The translations under genes and the position numbers were made by a program. Of a DNA stretch of 64,000 nt, positions 59,854-64,000 are shown piece after piece (position 1 is the stretch's first letter; each line of letters starts with the position of its first letter). A model generated the notes under the pieces. The model worked only from the letters and a program-made list of their open reading frames with translations, did not search any database and was not told the DNA's origin. This stretch comes from the human T2T-CHM13v2.0 reference genome, Homo sapiens: the NCBI RefSeq assembly GCF_009914755.1, contig NC_060948.1. The stretch is one strand, 5' to 3'.

Positions 59854-61951
59854 AGATCCATATTTTTTAAATGAAAAAAAATTTCAAAGGTACTCTGCTT
59901 GGTACAATAATCAAATGTATAAACTGAGGAATAAAACATAACCATGAAACCTACTTATAACTGCATATGGAAAATACAGAGGATAATTTTTTAAATAACA
60001 TATTTTGAAAGCCTTAACTAGTAATTAGAAGAGTTGGCATTTGAAAGGCCAGTATGAATATACCTTCAAAGCAGCAACACAGGTTCCCCATGAGAAAAAG
60101 CAAACACAGGGAAAATAAAAACACAAAGGTTCAATCTCTTCTGACCTTTGAAAGACACAGCACAGACAGTGGTCCTTAGGACGAAGAGCAGGAGACCCCT
60201 AATTCCGTCACCATGGCGATAGGGCATAAACATTGCTGGGTGAGGGCACAATCCACATTGTGAGGTCCAACTGCTGCCAGGAAGACAGGAGTGCTTTTAC
60301 ATAGACCGAAAGGTCATTGAAGGCTCAGAGTTTTGTTTCAAGAACTGAATCCCAAGCCCACACGTTATTAGGCTGCGCTTCTTAAAACAAGTTATGAGAT
60401 GGGAAAAAGGGCACCCACAAACATACGTATACATTATGTATATAATAATATACAGTGTCATATATATAATATATATAACCTATGTATAATATTGTTTTAC
60501 ATCCTGCATCTTATGTTATATATATTGTATAAAATATAATAATTGATAATATATAAGTTTTATAATTATACAATATGACATAAAGTATATATTATAATTT
60601 ATGACATATATAATATATGTTATATATCATATATAGAATATATTATACGGTTAATATACGTATTAAATATAAATTATACATTATATATATTATATATGAT
60701 ATATCTGTTATACATAATACCCATTATGCATAATATATATATTATGTCTATGTTATATATAGTATAAAACAACATATAATAATATATAATTGTATATATA
60801 AAATGCGACATATAATATATATTATATTTTATACCATATGTAATATATATTATATATAATACGTTGTATGTATAATACCTATATTAAATATATATTATAT
60901 GACTATGTTATTAATTACATGTCACATGTGTTATATATTATATATTTTACATAGAATATACCGGTTACATACAATATATACTATGTTAACTATAATGTAT
61001 AATTTATTACATGTAAAATAAAGAATGCAATATATTATGTAAAATTTATAATATACCATATGTGGAATGTGATATATATAACATATAATATATGATATAT
61101 GATGTAAAGTATATGATATATAACATACAATATATGATTCCTAATATATATGGTATACAATATATATTTTATGATATGTATTCTATATGTTTTATATTCT
61201 GTTATATATAACTATTTGAAATTATATATAACTGTATAATATTTTATGTAAATATGTAATATAATATATATAACTATATAATATATTATATATAACTATA
61301 TATTATGTTATATATACTTTTATAACATAATTTACATAAAATATCATAATATAATATATATTATATTATTTCATATTACATAATATATATTACATATCAC
61401 CCAATATAACTAACATACATAATATTATAATATAGATTATATTATGTTATATTAAATATCATATATATCATGTATCATATATTATATAATATATATTACA
61501 CATTATATAATATGTATGTTGTCTATTATGTGATATATATAACTATATATATAATTATATTTTTATACATATAACTAGATAAACATGTAATTCTACATAT
61601 TTTCATTTATAATATGTAGAATTATATAATCATATATAATTATTTATATTCTATAAAAAATTTTATCATTATATAAATTATAATATATAAAAATTATAAT
61701 ATGTACTACAAATATATATATTATATATCATATATGATATAGTACCTTTGTTATATATCATAATACATATAAATGTTTATTATATTATGTATAATTATAT
61801 AATTTCATATATAAGATTTATAATATGTTTCATATATTATATAAGTTATGTAATATATACAGTATATATAAGATGACACAGGATAAATATTATATACTAT
61901 GACATATAAAATATATGAGGTTATATGTTACATATAAGGCATAGCACATAA

Positions 61952-62266
<315 letters not shown>

Positions 62267-64000
62267 AGATCCATATTTTTTAAATGAAAAAAAATTTCAA
62301 AGGTACTCTGCTTGGTACAATAATCAAATGTATAAACTGAGGAATAAAACATAACCATGAAACCTACTTATAACTGCATATGGAAAATACAGAGGATAAT
62401 TTTTTAAATAACATATTTTGAAAGCCTTAACTAGTAATTAGAAGAGTTGGCATTTGAAAGGCCAGTATGAATATACCTTCAAAGCAGCAACACAGGTTCC
62501 CCATGAGAAAAAGCAAACACAGGGAAAATAAAAACACAAAGGTTCAATCTCTTCTGACCTTTGAAAGACACAGCACAGACAGTGGTCCTTAGGACGAAGA
62601 GCAGGAGACCCCTAATTCCGTCACCATGGCGATAGGGCATAAACATTGCTGGGTGAGGGCACAATCCACATTGTGAGGTCCAACTGCTGCCAGGAAGACA
62701 GGAGTGCTTTTACATAGACCGAAAGGTCATTGAAGGCTCAGAGTTTTGTTTCAAGAACTGAATCCCAAGCCCACACGTTATTAGGCTGCGCTTCTTAAAA
62801 CAAGTTATGAGATGGGAAAAAGGGCACCCACAAACATACGTATACATTATGTATATAATAATATACAGTGTCATATATATAATATATATAACCTATGTAT
62901 AATATTGTTTTACATCCTGCATCTTATGTTATATATATTGTATAAAATATAATAATTGATAATATATAAGTTTTATAATTATACAATATGACATATAGTA
63001 TATATTATAATTTATGACATATATAATATATGTTATATATCATATATAGAATATATTATACGGTTAATATACGTATTAAATATAAATTATACATTATATA
63101 TATTATATATGATATATCTGTTATACATATACCCATTATGCATAATATATATATTATGTCTATGTTATATATAGTATAAAACAACATATAATAATATATA
63201 ATTGTATATGTAAAATGCGACATATAATATATATTATATTTTATACCATATGTAATATATATTATATATAATACGTTGTATGTATAATACCTATATTAAA
63301 TATATATTATATGACTATGTTATTACTTACATGTCACATGTGTTATATATTATATATTTTACATAGAATATACCGGTTACATACAATATATACTATGTTA
63401 CCTATAATGTATAATTTATTACATGTAAAATAAAGAATGCAATATATTATGTAAAATTTATAATATACCATATGTGGAATGTGATATATATAACATATAA
63501 TATATGATATATGATGTACAGTATATGATATATAACATACAATATATGATTCCTAATATATATGGTATACAATATATATTTTATGATATGTATTCTATAT
63601 GTTTTATATTCTGTTATATATAACTATTTGAAATTATATATAACTGTATAATATTTTATGTAAATATGTAATATAATATATATAACTATATAACATATTA
63701 TATATAACTATATATTATGTTATATATACTTTTATAACATAATTTACATAAAATATCATAATATAATATATATTATATTATTTCATATTACATAATATAT
63801 ATTACATATCACCCAATATAACTAACATACATAATATTATAATATAGATTATATTATGTTATATTAAATATCATATATATCATGTATCATATATTCTATA
63901 ATATATATTACACATTATATAATATGTATGTTGTCTATTATGTGATATATATAACTATATATATAATTATATTTTTATACATATAACTAGATAAACATGT

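Overview
The whole 64 kb window is one head-to-tail tandem array of a ~2,420-bp composite unit: 26 complete copies plus a partial 27th, all in the same orientation. Each unit has ~1.56 kb of degenerate AT-rich simple sequence, one diverged near-full-length Alu on the minus strand (~290 bp) and a ~570-bp unique segment corresponding to HSATI. This matches the human DYZ2/HSat1B satellite, most abundant in Yq12 heterochromatin; smaller HSat1B arrays also occur on acrocentric short arms, so the chromosome is inferred. I see no credible protein-coding genes, RNA genes or CRISPR arrays, and no new biological system. The informative signal is array evolution, read by eye from shared variants: a recent 1-unit duplication (units 4/5), an older 4-unit (~9.67 kb) periodicity (units 5-8 vs 9-12), a chimeric unit 9, a young 3-unit (7,260 bp) higher-order repeat (units 13-21) and a 7-bp-deletion subfamily (units 25-27). 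Unit starts, taken at the motif tatgtataatattgttttac: 1, 2421, 4841, 7257, 9677, 12097, 14515, 16932, 19351, 21771, 24189, 26609, 29029, 31448, 33868, 36288, 38708, 41128, 43548, 45968, 48388, 50808, 53227, 55648, 58069, 60481, 62894.
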